From Armatimonadota bacterium (GTDB lineage: Bacteria; Armatimonadota; UBA5829; DSUL01): a DNA stretch of 64,000 nucleotides. The DNA is taken from NCBI GenBank assembly GCA_039811685.1, contig JBDHZC010000001.1, positions 640,001 to 704,000 of the forward strand, in the 5' to 3' direction. The position numbers were made by a program, and so were the translations under genes. Shown in pieces: positions 39,753 through 49,938 of the stretch; position 1 is the stretch's first letter, and every line of letters starts with the position of its first letter. Under the pieces are notes generated by a model, which had not been told where the DNA came from, did not search any database, and saw only the letters and a program-made list of their open reading frames with translations.

Positions 39753-40286
39753 TTAGCTCTGAGCAGCGGTGCGAGCTCCCCTGACGAGAGCGATCCGGCC
39801 TGTGCGCACCAACTCGCGGATTCCGTACGGCCGCAACAGTTGCTCAAAGGCTGATATCTTCTCAACGTCCCCTGTCACTTCAACTGTGAAGGTTGTCTCA
39901 CTGATGTCAATGATGCTGGCCCGAAATATCTCCACGAGCTGCATTATCTCTCCGCGCCTGGGCGTCTCCGCGTTGACCTTAATCAGCGCCAGCTCGCGCT
40001 CCATCATTGGCATGTCAGTGTAGTCCGCAACCTTGACCACGTCCACGAGTTTGCTGAGCTGCTTGGTGATCTGATCCAGAATGTAGGCGTCGCCCGTACA
40101 GACGACTGTCATCCTGGACATGGTTGGATCCTCGGTTATGCTGACCGCGAGAGAATCTACATTGTAACCACGCCGCGCGAAAAGCCCTGCGACACGGGCG
40201 AGAACTCCCGGCCGGTTCTCCACCAGAATTGTAATTGTGTGCTGCTGGCCAAGCTGCTGGCCGCCTTTGGATGCTATTGTTGGCAT
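39753..40286 (-). CDS. ilvN: Acetolactate synthase small subunit
   Basis: VENRPGVLARVAGLFARRGYN, ERELALIKV. Confidence 0.96.
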   Translation of the reverse strand: MPTIASKGGQQLGQQHTITILVENRPGVLARVAGLFARRGYNVDSLAVSITEDPTMSRMTVVCTGDAYILDQITKQLSKLVDVVKVADYTDMPMMERELALIKVNAETPRRGEIMQLVEIFRASIIDISETTFTVEVTGDVEKISAFEQLLRPYGIRELVRTGRIALVRGARTAAQS

Positions 40287-40316
40287 TCCTGTTCCTCCTC
40301 TAAGTTCCTGCGACCG

Positions 40317-42086
40317 CTATCTTGGCTTTTCGACCAACATCTGCTGAATTGTCTGTCCGGCCGGAATCATCGGCAGGCAGTTCTCTTCTGGCGCGACCTG
40401 GAAGTCAATGACAACCGGACGATCGGTAACACTGTTAGCTTCGTCAATGGCCGCGCGCACTTCGGACGGCTTCTGAACTTTGATGCCCACAGCTCCGTAT
40501 GCGTCAGCCAACTTGACGAAGTCAGGCTGATAGCTGAGGTCAACAGCGCTCAGGCGCTGATCGTAGAACATCTGCTGCCACTGCCGCACCATCCCCAGAC
40601 AGAAATTGTTGATAATGGCAATCTTGACGGGTATTTTGTGCTGGACCGCCGGCATCAACTCCTCATTGGTCATGATGAACGAGCCATCGCCATCCACCAG
40701 CCAGACCGGACGATCAGTCACTCCAACCGCCGCGCCTATTGCGGCTGGCAAGCCAAAACCCATGGTCCCCAGCCCACCACTGGTAACAAAGCTGCGCGGA
40801 TGCTTGCAGCGGTAGAACTGCGCCGCCCACATCTGATGCTGTCCAACACCGGTCGCAACAATAGCCTCGCCGTCTGTAGCCTTAAACAGCTCATCGCAGA
40901 CGTGCTGCGGGTACAGGACCTCATTCTGTCCGGTGGGATACCAGAGCGGAAACTCAGTCTTCCACGCGTCAACCTGTTCGTTCCAGGCAGTCCGGGGCCT
41001 GTCCTTCACCAGCGGGATCAGCGCGTTGAGAACCTGCTTGCAATCGCCAATCAGGCTCACGTCCGGAATATAGACCTTGCCGTGCTCAGCCGGGTCTATA
41101 TCGATATGGATAGTTTTCGCGCCCGTCGCCCAGGAATCCAGCTTGCCCGTAACACGGTCATCGAAGCGCGCCCCGATGTTTATCAGCAGATCGCACTGGT
41201 CCACGGCCATATTGGCGTACGCGGTGCCATGCATCCCAAGCATGCCCAGGGACAACTCGGCGGTCTCGTCAAAAGCACCCTTACCCATCAATGTGTTGGT
41301 GACGGGAATATTGGTCTTGCGTGCCAGCTCCGTCACCTGGTCGTAGGCTCCTGAAGAGATCGCGCCGCCGCCAATGTAAAGCACCGGCCTTTCGGCCTCG
41401 TCAATCATCCGCGCGGCCATTTCGATATTGTCTATGTTGAAGATACCGTCCGGGTTGTACGAGCGAATGCGCACGTCCTCAATCTTCTCGTACTCAATCT
41501 GGGCCAGGCCAATATCCATCGGGATATCCACCAGAACCGGTCCGGGTCTGCCCGAAGAAGCGATATAGAACGCTTCAGCGATAATGCGCGGGATTGCCGT
41601 CGGGTCTGTCACGAGATAGTTGTGCTTGGTGATCGGCAAAGTGATACCCGTGATGTCCGCTTCCTGGAACGCATCCTTCCCGAGGCTGGTCGTGCGCACC
41701 TGCCCTGTGATAGCCACCATCGGAACCGAGTCCATCATTGCGTTGCAGATGCCTGTCACCAGGTTTGTCGCACCCGGACCCGAGGTTGAGAAGCAGACTC
41801 CGACTTTACCCGTTGCGCGGGCGTAGCCGTCCGCCATATGAGCGGCGCCCTGCTCGTGTCCGACCAGAATATGACTCAGGCCACCTTCATCGTAGAGCAC
41901 GTCATACGCCGGCAACATAACACCGCCAGGTATTCCAAATACCACGTCGCAACCCTGATCCTTGAGCGCCAGCAACAGTGCCCTCGCGCCACTGACAAGT
42001 TTCCCGTCATCTCTGGGACGCGCGGAGCTGGATCCCTTCGTCTGATAAGTCTGAATGCTCGATTTCTTTGGATTTGAACTAGCCAT
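40317..42086 (-). CDS. ilvB: Acetolactate synthase large subunit, biosynthetic type
   Basis: HEQGAAHMADGYAR, SGPGATN, RFDDRVTG, DGDGSF, GMVRQWQ. Confidence 0.96.
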   Translation of the reverse strand: MASSNPKKSSIQTYQTKGSSSARPRDDGKLVSGARALLLALKDQGCDVVFGIPGGVMLPAYDVLYDEGGLSHILVGHEQGAAHMADGYARATGKVGVCFSTSGPGATNLVTGICNAMMDSVPMVAITGQVRTTSLGKDAFQEADITGITLPITKHNYLVTDPTAIPRIIAEAFYIASSGRPGPVLVDIPMDIGLAQIEYEKIEDVRIRSYNPDGIFNIDNIEMAARMIDEAERPVLYIGGGAISSGAYDQVTELARKTNIPVTNTLMGKGAFDETAELSLGMLGMHGTAYANMAVDQCDLLINIGARFDDRVTGKLDSWATGAKTIHIDIDPAEHGKVYIPDVSLIGDCKQVLNALIPLVKDRPRTAWNEQVDAWKTEFPLWYPTGQNEVLYPQHVCDELFKATDGEAIVATGVGQHQMWAAQFYRCKHPRSFVTSGGLGTMGFGLPAAIGAAVGVTDRPVWLVDGDGSFIMTNEELMPAVQHKIPVKIAIINNFCLGMVRQWQQMFYDQRLSAVDLSYQPDFVKLADAYGAVGIKVQKPSEVRAAIDEANSVTDRPVVIDFQVAPEENCLPMIPAGQTIQQMLVEKPR

Positions 42087-42223
42087 TTCTGATTCTCCCT
42101 CCATCCATACCTGCGAGATATGAATGGCTCACACTGCGCGACCCCGACAATCTCAGTAGCCACGCACGTCACCCGAAGCTCTCTTTGTGAGCACAAGTCT
42201 CACAGTTCGTCCGAATTCCGGGC

Positions 42224-42261
42224 AACAAAAAACCCCTCGCCCTGCCACCGGGTCGAGAGGT
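42224..42261 (-). terminator. Attenuator terminator in the ilvB leader
   Basis: CCTCTCG-ACCC...GGG-CGAGGGG followed by TTTTTTGTT, between the leader peptide and ilvB. Confidence 0.85.
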
Positions 42262-42407
42262 CTGTGAAATACTCTGGACGCTTGTTCTGCCAGTCTTGCT
42301 TTCTACAGTTTTCTGGCTTTACAGATATCGGATTCTCAAATCTCTCGGAGTGCAGGGCCTACAGCTCGCCGCCTCTGGCCGGGACATAAAGCCCTGCAGC
42401 CGGGCGG

Positions 42408-42485
42408 CTAGCCTACTACGACGAGGCTAAGAAGAAGTGCCCCGCCGCTGATAATGCTGATACCGATAAGCCTGCCGCTCAACAT
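42408..42485 (-). CDS. ilv operon leader peptide (25 aa)
   Basis: MLSGRLIGISIISGGALLLSLVVVG with clustered Ile, Leu and Val codons. Confidence 0.85.
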   Translation of the reverse strand: MLSGRLIGISIISGGALLLSLVVVG

Positions 42486-42544
42486 AAGAAGAGAATTCGT
42501 CTCCTTGAAAAGATAGAATAACCAGACGCTTTCGTCTTGGCAGG

Positions 42545-42574
42545 ATTGTAACACAGCCGCGATTCCAGCGTCAA
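42545..42574 (-). promoter_or_regulatory. sigma70 promoter of the ilv operon
   Basis: TTGACG-18 nt-TACAAT with extended TG. Confidence 0.8.
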
Positions 42575-42710
42575 CATTATTTGTGTCTATATCTGTACAG
42601 TCGGCAGGTGGTGGTAGAATCTTGAGAGCCTGGAACTCACGGCTCGGGCTTTTCGCTTCCAGTTATTAACTGTCCCGGATGTGTCCCGGATGACCGAAGG
42701 AGTATTCTTC

Positions 42711-43571
42711 TTGCGCATTCTGTTTCTATTCTCTGCCGCGATTCTGTTCAGCGCCTTTTCCCCAGCCGTGGCCTCCCCAGTGGCTGTCATCTGCTATCAC
42801 GAAATCTGCGCCGCGCCCCGGAATGACATGGAAACCACACCTGAGAACTTTGAAGGCCAATTGCGCTATTTGAAACAGCACGGGTATCGCACTCTGAGCA
42901 TGGATCAGCTTGTAGCGCACGTGCGCGGGGTTCACCCAGCGCCTGAGAAGTCGGTCGTTCTCACATTTGACGACGGCTATGAGGGCGTCTACCGCTATGC
43001 CTATCCATTGCTGAAGCGCTACGGATTCCACGCGGTAGTCTTTCTGGTAACCGCTAAAGTGGGATCGAAGGGGGGAAAGATGCAGCACCTGAGCTGGCCA
43101 CAGGTGTGCGAAATGGATCGATCCAAAGTTGTGGAGGCGGCCGTACACTGCCACGCCAAACACGTGAAGATGGCGCAGGCGTGGGATGTAGAACGCTCCA
43201 AAGGACAGAGCGGACAGGATCTGATAGACGACCTTAGGACCGCGCGGCACTTGTTGCAGAGCAATATCCATCACGCCGTCAACTACCTGGCGTGGCCCTA
43301 TGGAAGTTACAATCGCGAGTTGATAAACGGAGCGCGTCAGCTTGGGTATCAGGCGCTTGTGACAACAGACTACGGCGTAAATCCTGCCGGGACAGATCCA
43401 GATCGCATCAAGCGGCTTAGGATGTCCAGCCGATACGACACGCCGCAGCGCTTTGCTTCGAAGCTCGACGCTTACCGCATGCAGCCTGCAGGGAGAGCCG
43501 AAGGCGGCCGCAGCCGTCACCACTCACCCGCTCACGTACACAGTGCCACAGTACCTAGAAGAAGCGTCTAG
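42711..43571 (+). CDS. Secreted polysaccharide deacetylase (CE4/NodB, IcaB/PgaB-like)
   Basis: Signal peptide; CYHEI; LTFDDGY; HCHAKH; AWPYG. AAGGAG before TTG 42711; TGgTAGAAT at 42612-42620. Confidence 0.9.
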   Translation: MRILFLFSAAILFSAFSPAVASPVAVICYHEICAAPRNDMETTPENFEGQLRYLKQHGYRTLSMDQLVAHVRGVHPAPEKSVVLTFDDGYEGVYRYAYPLLKRYGFHAVVFLVTAKVGSKGGKMQHLSWPQVCEMDRSKVVEAAVHCHAKHVKMAQAWDVERSKGQSGQDLIDDLRTARHLLQSNIHHAVNYLAWPYGSYNRELINGARQLGYQALVTTDYGVNPAGTDPDRIKRLRMSSRYDTPQRFASKLDAYRMQPAGRAEGGRSRHHSPAHVHSATVPRRSV

Positions 43572-44601
43572 CCAACGCGAGAATTCCCTGGTTCCACGGC
43601 ACTCGGTGTGAAACGCCACTCTGGTTTTCGAAAGTGTGCAAGTTGTCCAGGTACCAACGGTAATTGCGTATCAGAGCCTGTTGATTGGAGTACACCGGAT
43701 CATAGCCAAGCACTCGTTCTGCCTTTTCAATTGATACAAACGAGTCCTTCGAGGCTGTTTCGTACACCCACTTGTAGAGCGGAGAGAGCCGGAGCTTTTC
43801 GAGAACCTTCAGAGCCAGAATGACCGGAGTCTCGGGCAGACTGACAATCTTTTTGCCAAATCCGGCGTAATCCAGCACCGCCTGATAGTCTTCTTTCATC
43901 GTGCGGTACTCTCTGGCTCCGATGTTGAACACGTCGTTCACCTTCTCACGAGGCAGAGCCGCCACCAGCCAGATCGCCTGACACAGATCCTCAACGTCCA
44001 GAAGCTGGTAACGATTCTCCCCGCTTCCGATCATTGGGAATCCGTGTCCCTGCCTGGCCCAGTCATAAAACAATGCAAAGACGCCCAGACGCTCAGGCCC
44101 CACGAATGACTTCGGACGCAGAACGGGCACACACATTCCGTCCTGACGGAAGAGCTGACACATCTCCTCAGCCAATACCTTCGCTTCTCCGTACGGACCC
44201 ACTCCGTGCATTGGGTCCGCTTCATAGAGAGGATGGTGGTCCGGCACCCCGTAGACTGCTGTGGAGGAAATGTAGACTGTCCGTTCTACCCCAAGGGCTT
44301 TAGCCGCGGCAAGAACGTAGGTGGTTCCGAGAAGATCCGTACTGAAAATGTCTTCCTGGCTGTAAAGCGGGAGAGCCGCCGCGCAATGTACAACAACGTC
44401 CGCCCCGCGCATCGCGCTCATAAGACAGTCAATATCCCGAATATCTCCCATAATGGGCGTAATCTGATCTTTCTCGGGATAGTCGAAGGGCGCAATGTCA
44501 AACGACACAACCTTGTGTCCTTTGCCGAGGAGATAGCGGACAAGATTGATACCGAGGAACCCGGCGCCACCGGTTACGAAAAATACCTTCTTCTGAATCA
44601 T
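43555..44601 (-). CDS. NAD-dependent epimerase/dehydratase (extended SDR)
   Basis: TGGAGFLG, SSTAVYG, YGEAK (YxxxK). Confidence 0.92.
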   Translation of the reverse strand: MIQKKVFFVTGGAGFLGINLVRYLLGKGHKVVSFDIAPFDYPEKDQITPIMGDIRDIDCLMSAMRGADVVVHCAAALPLYSQEDIFSTDLLGTTYVLAAAKALGVERTVYISSTAVYGVPDHHPLYEADPMHGVGPYGEAKVLAEEMCQLFRQDGMCVPVLRPKSFVGPERLGVFALFYDWARQGHGFPMIGSGENRYQLLDVEDLCQAIWLVAALPREKVNDVFNIGAREYRTMKEDYQAVLDYAGFGKKIVSLPETPVILALKVLEKLRLSPLYKWVYETASKDSFVSIEKAERVLGYDPVYSNQQALIRNYRWYLDNLHTFENQSGVSHRVPWNQGILALARRFF

Positions 44602-44678
44602 AGCAGTGCCGCTACATCTGACGCACGTAGCTCCAGACACTATAGCCAATCTACTATCTCAAAGCTGACAGCAACTGC

Positions 44679-47600
44679 TTACGGCGCCGGAGTGTGCACG
44701 ATAATGTCAGCGGCGTCTCGCACCAGAATCCTCGGATACAGATTCGGCTCAGATTTGTAGCAGGCGCTGATTCCGGTGACCTGCACGTAGCTTCCAACAG
44801 CGGGCGCGGCAATCCCAGGCGCCCAGACCCGGACGCCCGGACGTCCATCTGCGTCCTTGATAGGCGCGCTATGCACCGTCACGCCCTGGTTGATATTGAA
44901 ATAGTTGCCACTCGGATCGACGTAGGTCACTCTTCCCCACGCGCAGATCAGAAGCCCGATATTATTCAGATCTCTGTCAGCAGTTACTACTCCCTGAACA
45001 CCACTTCCGGTCTCAGGATTGTAGTAAAAGCCGGACCCCGCAATGGCACGGTTGTTCATTCTGAGCGGACGGGCTCCACAAGGTCCTTTGATGCTGAGGT
45101 AGGTTCCCAGCAGAACTCGCTCTCCGTCCTGGGTTGTACTCAATGTGCCTTTGACGTCCACAAGCACTCCTTGCGGAACGGGATTTGGCCAGACGACGCA
45201 AATCCCCGCAGCACGATCCTGTCTCTGCGCATAGAACGCTCCATCGAACTGAGCAGTGGTACACAAATTGTACAAAGACGCCGATGCGCCGTCCAACTGG
45301 AGCTCCGCAAGGCGGATTTGTGTTGGTGGTGCGACGACGATGCCGTTGCTGACCCCGACGTCCGTCCAGGCGTTGTCGCTCATCCTCGCTTTGACATACC
45401 AGTAATAGACGGCTCCAGGCTGGAGGTCCAGATCAGTTTCGGTCGCCTCTGTATTCAGACCCGCAGACTTCCAGTCAACCGTGTATCCGTTGTGAGGGTC
45501 TGTCGGCGAAGTGCCGATCGCGTAAAAGAACTCAGCAATGCTCTGCACGCTTTTTTCCGCAAGCCGAACACGGCTGGCAGTCGGTCCATGAGGGTTTGTC
45601 GCGCTCAGACCTTCGGCATTTGAGCAGACGCTATGTGTCAATGCCAGCGCTGCTGAGGAATCATAGGCACTGACATCGCTCAGACTCAAGACTGGAGTAT
45701 GGCCACATCCGCAGATGCCATCCCCCTCGTCATTAGAATCCGTGCTTTCGGCAGCGATGGAACTCCACGCCGGAAGAGTGCCGCTGCGCAAAACGCCACC
45801 CTCTGAACCTGCAGTCTGCGCAGCGACTCCGGACGACAGAAAACCTGGGGCGAGCGCCCACGACGCGTGCAGAGTAGTCGTGCTGCTGGTTGAGTCGCCA
45901 TCGTCAGTAACGACAGGAGCTGGGGGAGCCGTGAGATATTCCGCGGCTCCGATATCCACGGACGGGCCTACAATTCGAGCAACACCGTTGACGTCTATGA
46001 GAGGCAGTCCGCTTGCTCCCATCCATCCGGCGTCTATACAGGGTGAATTGGAGAGCAGGCGGAAGTCACTATGCATGGCGTCCGCCAACTGCGGATTAGC
46101 CGCGAAATCGGCCGATCCTGGGCTCAATCCGACAAGATCTCGCGGCTGATTCTCATAGTAGCAGTTGTTGCGCAGAACGGGAGGCAAGCCACTTGGCACC
46201 TGCAACCCCCCGCCGCCAGAGTTGTAGGCGACAATGTTGTTGGCAAACACCAGAGAAGGCGCTGTCAGGAAATAGCCGCCGCCACCCTGGGAAGATGTAT
46301 TGCCCACAATGGTGTTATTAACAACACTGCCCTTGCTGTTATTCACATAGATGGCGCCACCGGGGTAATAATCTGCCGAGTTGTAGGCAAAAACAGATGA
46401 GGCCACCTCGGGAATAATGGAGCTGTCCCAGGGACTCTGCATCCTGATTGCACCGCCCGCACTGAATTGACCTCGGGCGCGATTGCGCAAGAACGTGCAA
46501 CCGGTTACAACCGCAGCAGACATGTTCAAGTGCAGACCGGCCCCGCCCGCATACCAGTACCAGTTGCTGGAGAGATAGGCGCTATTGTCAGTAAAAGTGC
46601 ACCGGCTGATGGTTGGTGAAGAGCTGGAGGCGCTCAGACCCGCGCCTTTGTCCCCAGTGACATTGCCGGAGAAAATACACCCAGAAACAACTCCAGAACT
46701 GTCCCGCTCAAGAAACAGGCCACCACCAGAAGAAGAAGCAGTGTTGGATACAAAGCTGCATCCGGAGATAAGGCTCTGTGAATCAGATAGAAAGGCTCCA
46801 CCACCCACCGCAGCCGCATTATTTGAGAAAGTGCAGTTTGCTACGCTCGGAGAACAACCCCAAACATAGATGCCTCCGCCAGCGGCATTTGGCGCGGCGC
46901 CGTTGACAAAACGCAGCCCATCGAGAGAAGCGCTGTGCTTGTCCTGCCACTGCGACCCATCCACATAGACACAGCGGCCGCTACTGCTTGCGTCAATTGA
47001 CGTCACGTTGGTCTCAATGTTGCGCTGCGAGATGAGCGTCTCTGTCCCCGCGAATCCCCCGTAGATTCGAACATTTTCTTTCAGCGTGACAACTGCGCCA
47101 ATAGCAGACGAAAACGGCGTGCGAATGTTGTGGTCAGCTACGATTCCAAAGGCTGTTTTCCCTGGCGGCGCGTTCTCGTAGATGCCCCGATAGAAGTGGC
47201 GCACCGTTGAAGGCGCGGAGTCGCCATCAGACACGACAGTGTGTTCGTGGACAATGAACCAGACCGGTTCACCGCTGTCTGCACCGCCTGCCGGATACGG
47301 GGAAGCCAGGCTTGTGGCCTGCCCGCCAGCCAGCGAGTAGTTTGGCCCGCTCCACCAGTCCCCATTAGCTCTGATGCGCACAGGCTGAAAATAGGCTCGC
47401 CGGACCTTGCCGTCCCAGGTCTTGAACTTCACAGTCGGCCGGATGTACTTGATGTTTGCCTTTTGGGCTACGGTAAGTGGCGCTCCATTGATTGTGCCGT
47501 CAGATGTCAGATAGTACTCACAACTGCTCAACTGGTTGAAGGCGACGTTCGGTCCGGTAAAGAGAAGAGTGCCAGGATGAGAGCCGGTCTGCGGATCGCA

Positions 47601-48551
47601 CCCGTAGAACTCAATCGCCGCAGACTGCGAGTTCTCCACGTTTTCCACTACGACGCTAACGCGAAAACTGGATGCGCTCCCTTCTGCCGTCTCAAGCGAG
47701 TAGGAAGGCGCTCCGCACCGGTACTTCCACGGCAAGACCACAATGCTTCCGCGCCGCAGCATATCCCGGAACGCCAGCCGTCTGTTCGCGTAAACCGGAC
47801 TTTCCGAGATCGTGGGAATCACTCCAATATTGACACCTGAAAACGGCCAGTAAGGCTCCGCCTTATGACGATCGTCGGACGTTATCCCCCAGACAATCTT
47901 GCTGCAAGCGCCAGCCTGGTCATCCAGATTGGCCAGAACGTAGTCCCACTTATCAATGTCCGCAGGATACTCCGGGGCTCTGATCTCAAGCGCATGCATT
48001 CCGTTAGCGTTCGCAGCCGCAGACAGATCCTGAGCGGTGACGATCTTGGTCTCCATGTTTGGGTGATGGACGATGAGCAACGCGTCAGGATTAGCCGCCG
48101 CGATGGCAGACATACGCACAGCAAAAGACTGACTGATATTGGTGCCGCCGGTGCTGACTGTCGGAGGGCCCGTGTAGATGCTGCCGGTTGTGTACAGTAC
48201 TCCGAGGTGGGCGTACTGGGGCACCCCGTTTGAATCGACATACTGGAGATCTTTTTCCTCCCCAAGCATGTCAACCGCATTAGGGAAAACGGCCTCATTG
48301 CTGTCAGTAACAAAAGAGGAGGTCAAGCCACTGTAGGTTCCAGCTTTTACCCAGATGTCCCCGCCTCCTTCTGCGCTAGCTGCATCGACGGCCGCCTGGA
48401 TGGAGGCTTTGGCAGATGCCCAGGAGAGTCCATCCCGTGCGTCAGATCCATCAGACGCGACGTAAAAGACACGCGCATAACTGGTTTGGCTGCTGCACAC
48501 CATGACCGCAGCCGATAGGTATAGCACTGCTATGATAACCCGGCGCCACAC
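44679..48551 (-). CDS. Large secreted right-handed beta-helix protein with an inserted PHP-like domain, choice-of-anchor-Q-like motif, Fn3-like and C-terminal OB-fold-like modules
   Basis: Signal peptide; DGLSWASAKASIQAAV; GGGI/FxxN repeats; SPCIDAG..DIGAAEY; LNNIGLLICAWGRVT. Confidence 0.82.
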   Translation of the reverse strand: MWRRVIIAVLYLSAAVMVCSSQTSYARVFYVASDGSDARDGLSWASAKASIQAAVDAASAEGGGDIWVKAGTYSGLTSSFVTDSNEAVFPNAVDMLGEEKDLQYVDSNGVPQYAHLGVLYTTGSIYTGPPTVSTGGTNISQSFAVRMSAIAAANPDALLIVHHPNMETKIVTAQDLSAAANANGMHALEIRAPEYPADIDKWDYVLANLDDQAGACSKIVWGITSDDRHKAEPYWPFSGVNIGVIPTISESPVYANRRLAFRDMLRRGSIVVLPWKYRCGAPSYSLETAEGSASSFRVSVVVENVENSQSAAIEFYGCDPQTGSHPGTLLFTGPNVAFNQLSSCEYYLTSDGTINGAPLTVAQKANIKYIRPTVKFKTWDGKVRRAYFQPVRIRANGDWWSGPNYSLAGGQATSLASPYPAGGADSGEPVWFIVHEHTVVSDGDSAPSTVRHFYRGIYENAPPGKTAFGIVADHNIRTPFSSAIGAVVTLKENVRIYGGFAGTETLISQRNIETNVTSIDASSSGRCVYVDGSQWQDKHSASLDGLRFVNGAAPNAAGGGIYVWGCSPSVANCTFSNNAAAVGGGAFLSDSQSLISGCSFVSNTASSSGGGLFLERDSSGVVSGCIFSGNVTGDKGAGLSASSSSPTISRCTFTDNSAYLSSNWYWYAGGAGLHLNMSAAVVTGCTFLRNRARGQFSAGGAIRMQSPWDSSIIPEVASSVFAYNSADYYPGGAIYVNNSKGSVVNNTIVGNTSSQGGGGYFLTAPSLVFANNIVAYNSGGGGLQVPSGLPPVLRNNCYYENQPRDLVGLSPGSADFAANPQLADAMHSDFRLLSNSPCIDAGWMGASGLPLIDVNGVARIVGPSVDIGAAEYLTAPPAPVVTDDGDSTSSTTTLHASWALAPGFLSSGVAAQTAGSEGGVLRSGTLPAWSSIAAESTDSNDEGDGICGCGHTPVLSLSDVSAYDSSAALALTHSVCSNAEGLSATNPHGPTASRVRLAEKSVQSIAEFFYAIGTSPTDPHNGYTVDWKSAGLNTEATETDLDLQPGAVYYWYVKARMSDNAWTDVGVSNGIVVAPPTQIRLAELQLDGASASLYNLCTTAQFDGAFYAQRQDRAAGICVVWPNPVPQGVLVDVKGTLSTTQDGERVLLGTYLSIKGPCGARPLRMNNRAIAGSGFYYNPETGSGVQGVVTADRDLNNIGLLICAWGRVTYVDPSGNYFNINQGVTVHSAPIKDADGRPGVRVWAPGIAAPAVGSYVQVTGISACYKSEPNLYPRILVRDAADIIVHTPAP

Positions 48552-48741
48552 TTTGTGATATCTCCTTGGGACTATTCCGCTGAGTCGAATATGCGTGAGG
48601 GGGACGAAATCTATACTAGAAATCTACCGCACACGTCACCGGTAGTCCATATCGAAAATGTTAAACAATTGCGAAAAGTGTTACGCGCAGCTTCAACTGC
48701 GACGCTATCCAGGCGAAAGTGTCAGTGACAAATGACTACGA

Positions 48742-49938
48742 TCAAGAGGCTTTTTGGTTCCCGGTAGCGACTTCATTTACCACCATCCAAAACTCTTGAC
48801 CCATCCGCTCTTTCGTGAAGTGCTGGACTGCTCTTCTCTGCCCTGCTTCTCCCATCGCAGTCCGGAGAGATTCACTGGACGCTAATTCGGCAAGACGCTG
48901 GGACAGAGTCTGCTCATCATCAGTCGGAACGATGTAGCCTGTCTCACCCTCTGTGACCATCTCTTTGGCCCCACCCCAATCGGTGGCTATTACCGGCTTT
49001 CCGGCAGCCATACCTTCCAGAACGACTGTTGGGAAGGAGTCTGGCAGCGTGGATGGAAGAACACAGATGTCAAGCGCCGCAAGCACGTCCGGGCCGTCAC
49101 TGCGATACCCCGTAAGTGTAATACGCCCTTCCAGTCCAAGCTCTGCAATTGTTTGTCGAAGCTCATCCACCAGATGTTCCTGGCCGACGAAGGCATCGCC
49201 CACAAGCAGGTACTTCAGGTCCGGTTGCGTATCTTTGAGCAGTGCCGCCGCCCGCGCGAGATAACCTTGCCCTTTTCCGCGGGAGATGCGCGCAAGCGTT
49301 CCCACGACGACATCAGACTCACTGTAGCCAAACTCCGAGCGAATCCTGCTGCGACCTGTAGCATTGGCGAAGCGCTCAACGTCTATGCCGTTGTGCAGCA
49401 CACGGATGTTGCGCGCTGCTGGGTTGTCCTGGAGCATGTGTTGCTTGACAGCGTCTGAGACGGTCAGCACGACACGGGACATACGGGGAGCAAGCCGCGC
49501 CGTGAGCAGGCGCACAGATCTTGGAGAGACGATCATCTCGTGGGAGTGCCAGATGTGCGGCCGCTTCGTGAGACGCGCTGCAAACGCACCTGGAAGGACG
49601 GCGGTGGTGTTCGAATGGACAACATCAAACCCTTCGCGCCGGATGATGTGAGCCAAAGCCAGAGTACTGCGAGCGAAGTATGCCAGATACCGTGGAAATC
49701 CCGCGGGACTGAAATACCTACGGCGTAGTACCGCGAGTTTCATTGCGCGGGAATCAACCTGGATACGCTCCAGCTCGCGCGTAAAGCGTCCCTCGTAAGG
49801 AACGTCACAGGGAACGATGACAGCCGGGGTCCACTGGGAACGGTCACAGGCGCGGATGAGCTCCAGCAATATGACATCCGCTCCGTACATCTCGTTTGAG
49901 CTGTGAACGAAGAGAATCTTGCGGGGAGCAATGCTCAA
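48742..49938 (-). CDS. Glycosyltransferase family 4
   Basis: [26 protein letters not shown]. Confidence 0.92.
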   Translation of the reverse strand: MSIAPRKILFVHSSNEMYGADVILLELIRACDRSQWTPAVIVPCDVPYEGRFTRELERIQVDSRAMKLAVLRRRYFSPAGFPRYLAYFARSTLALAHIIRREGFDVVHSNTTAVLPGAFAARLTKRPHIWHSHEMIVSPRSVRLLTARLAPRMSRVVLTVSDAVKQHMLQDNPAARNIRVLHNGIDVERFANATGRSRIRSEFGYSESDVVVGTLARISRGKGQGYLARAAALLKDTQPDLKYLLVGDAFVGQEHLVDELRQTIAELGLEGRITLTGYRSDGPDVLAALDICVLPSTLPDSFPTVVLEGMAAGKPVIATDWGGAKEMVTEGETGYIVPTDDEQTLSQRLAELASSESLRTAMGEAGQRRAVQHFTKERMGQEFWMVVNEVATGNQKAS

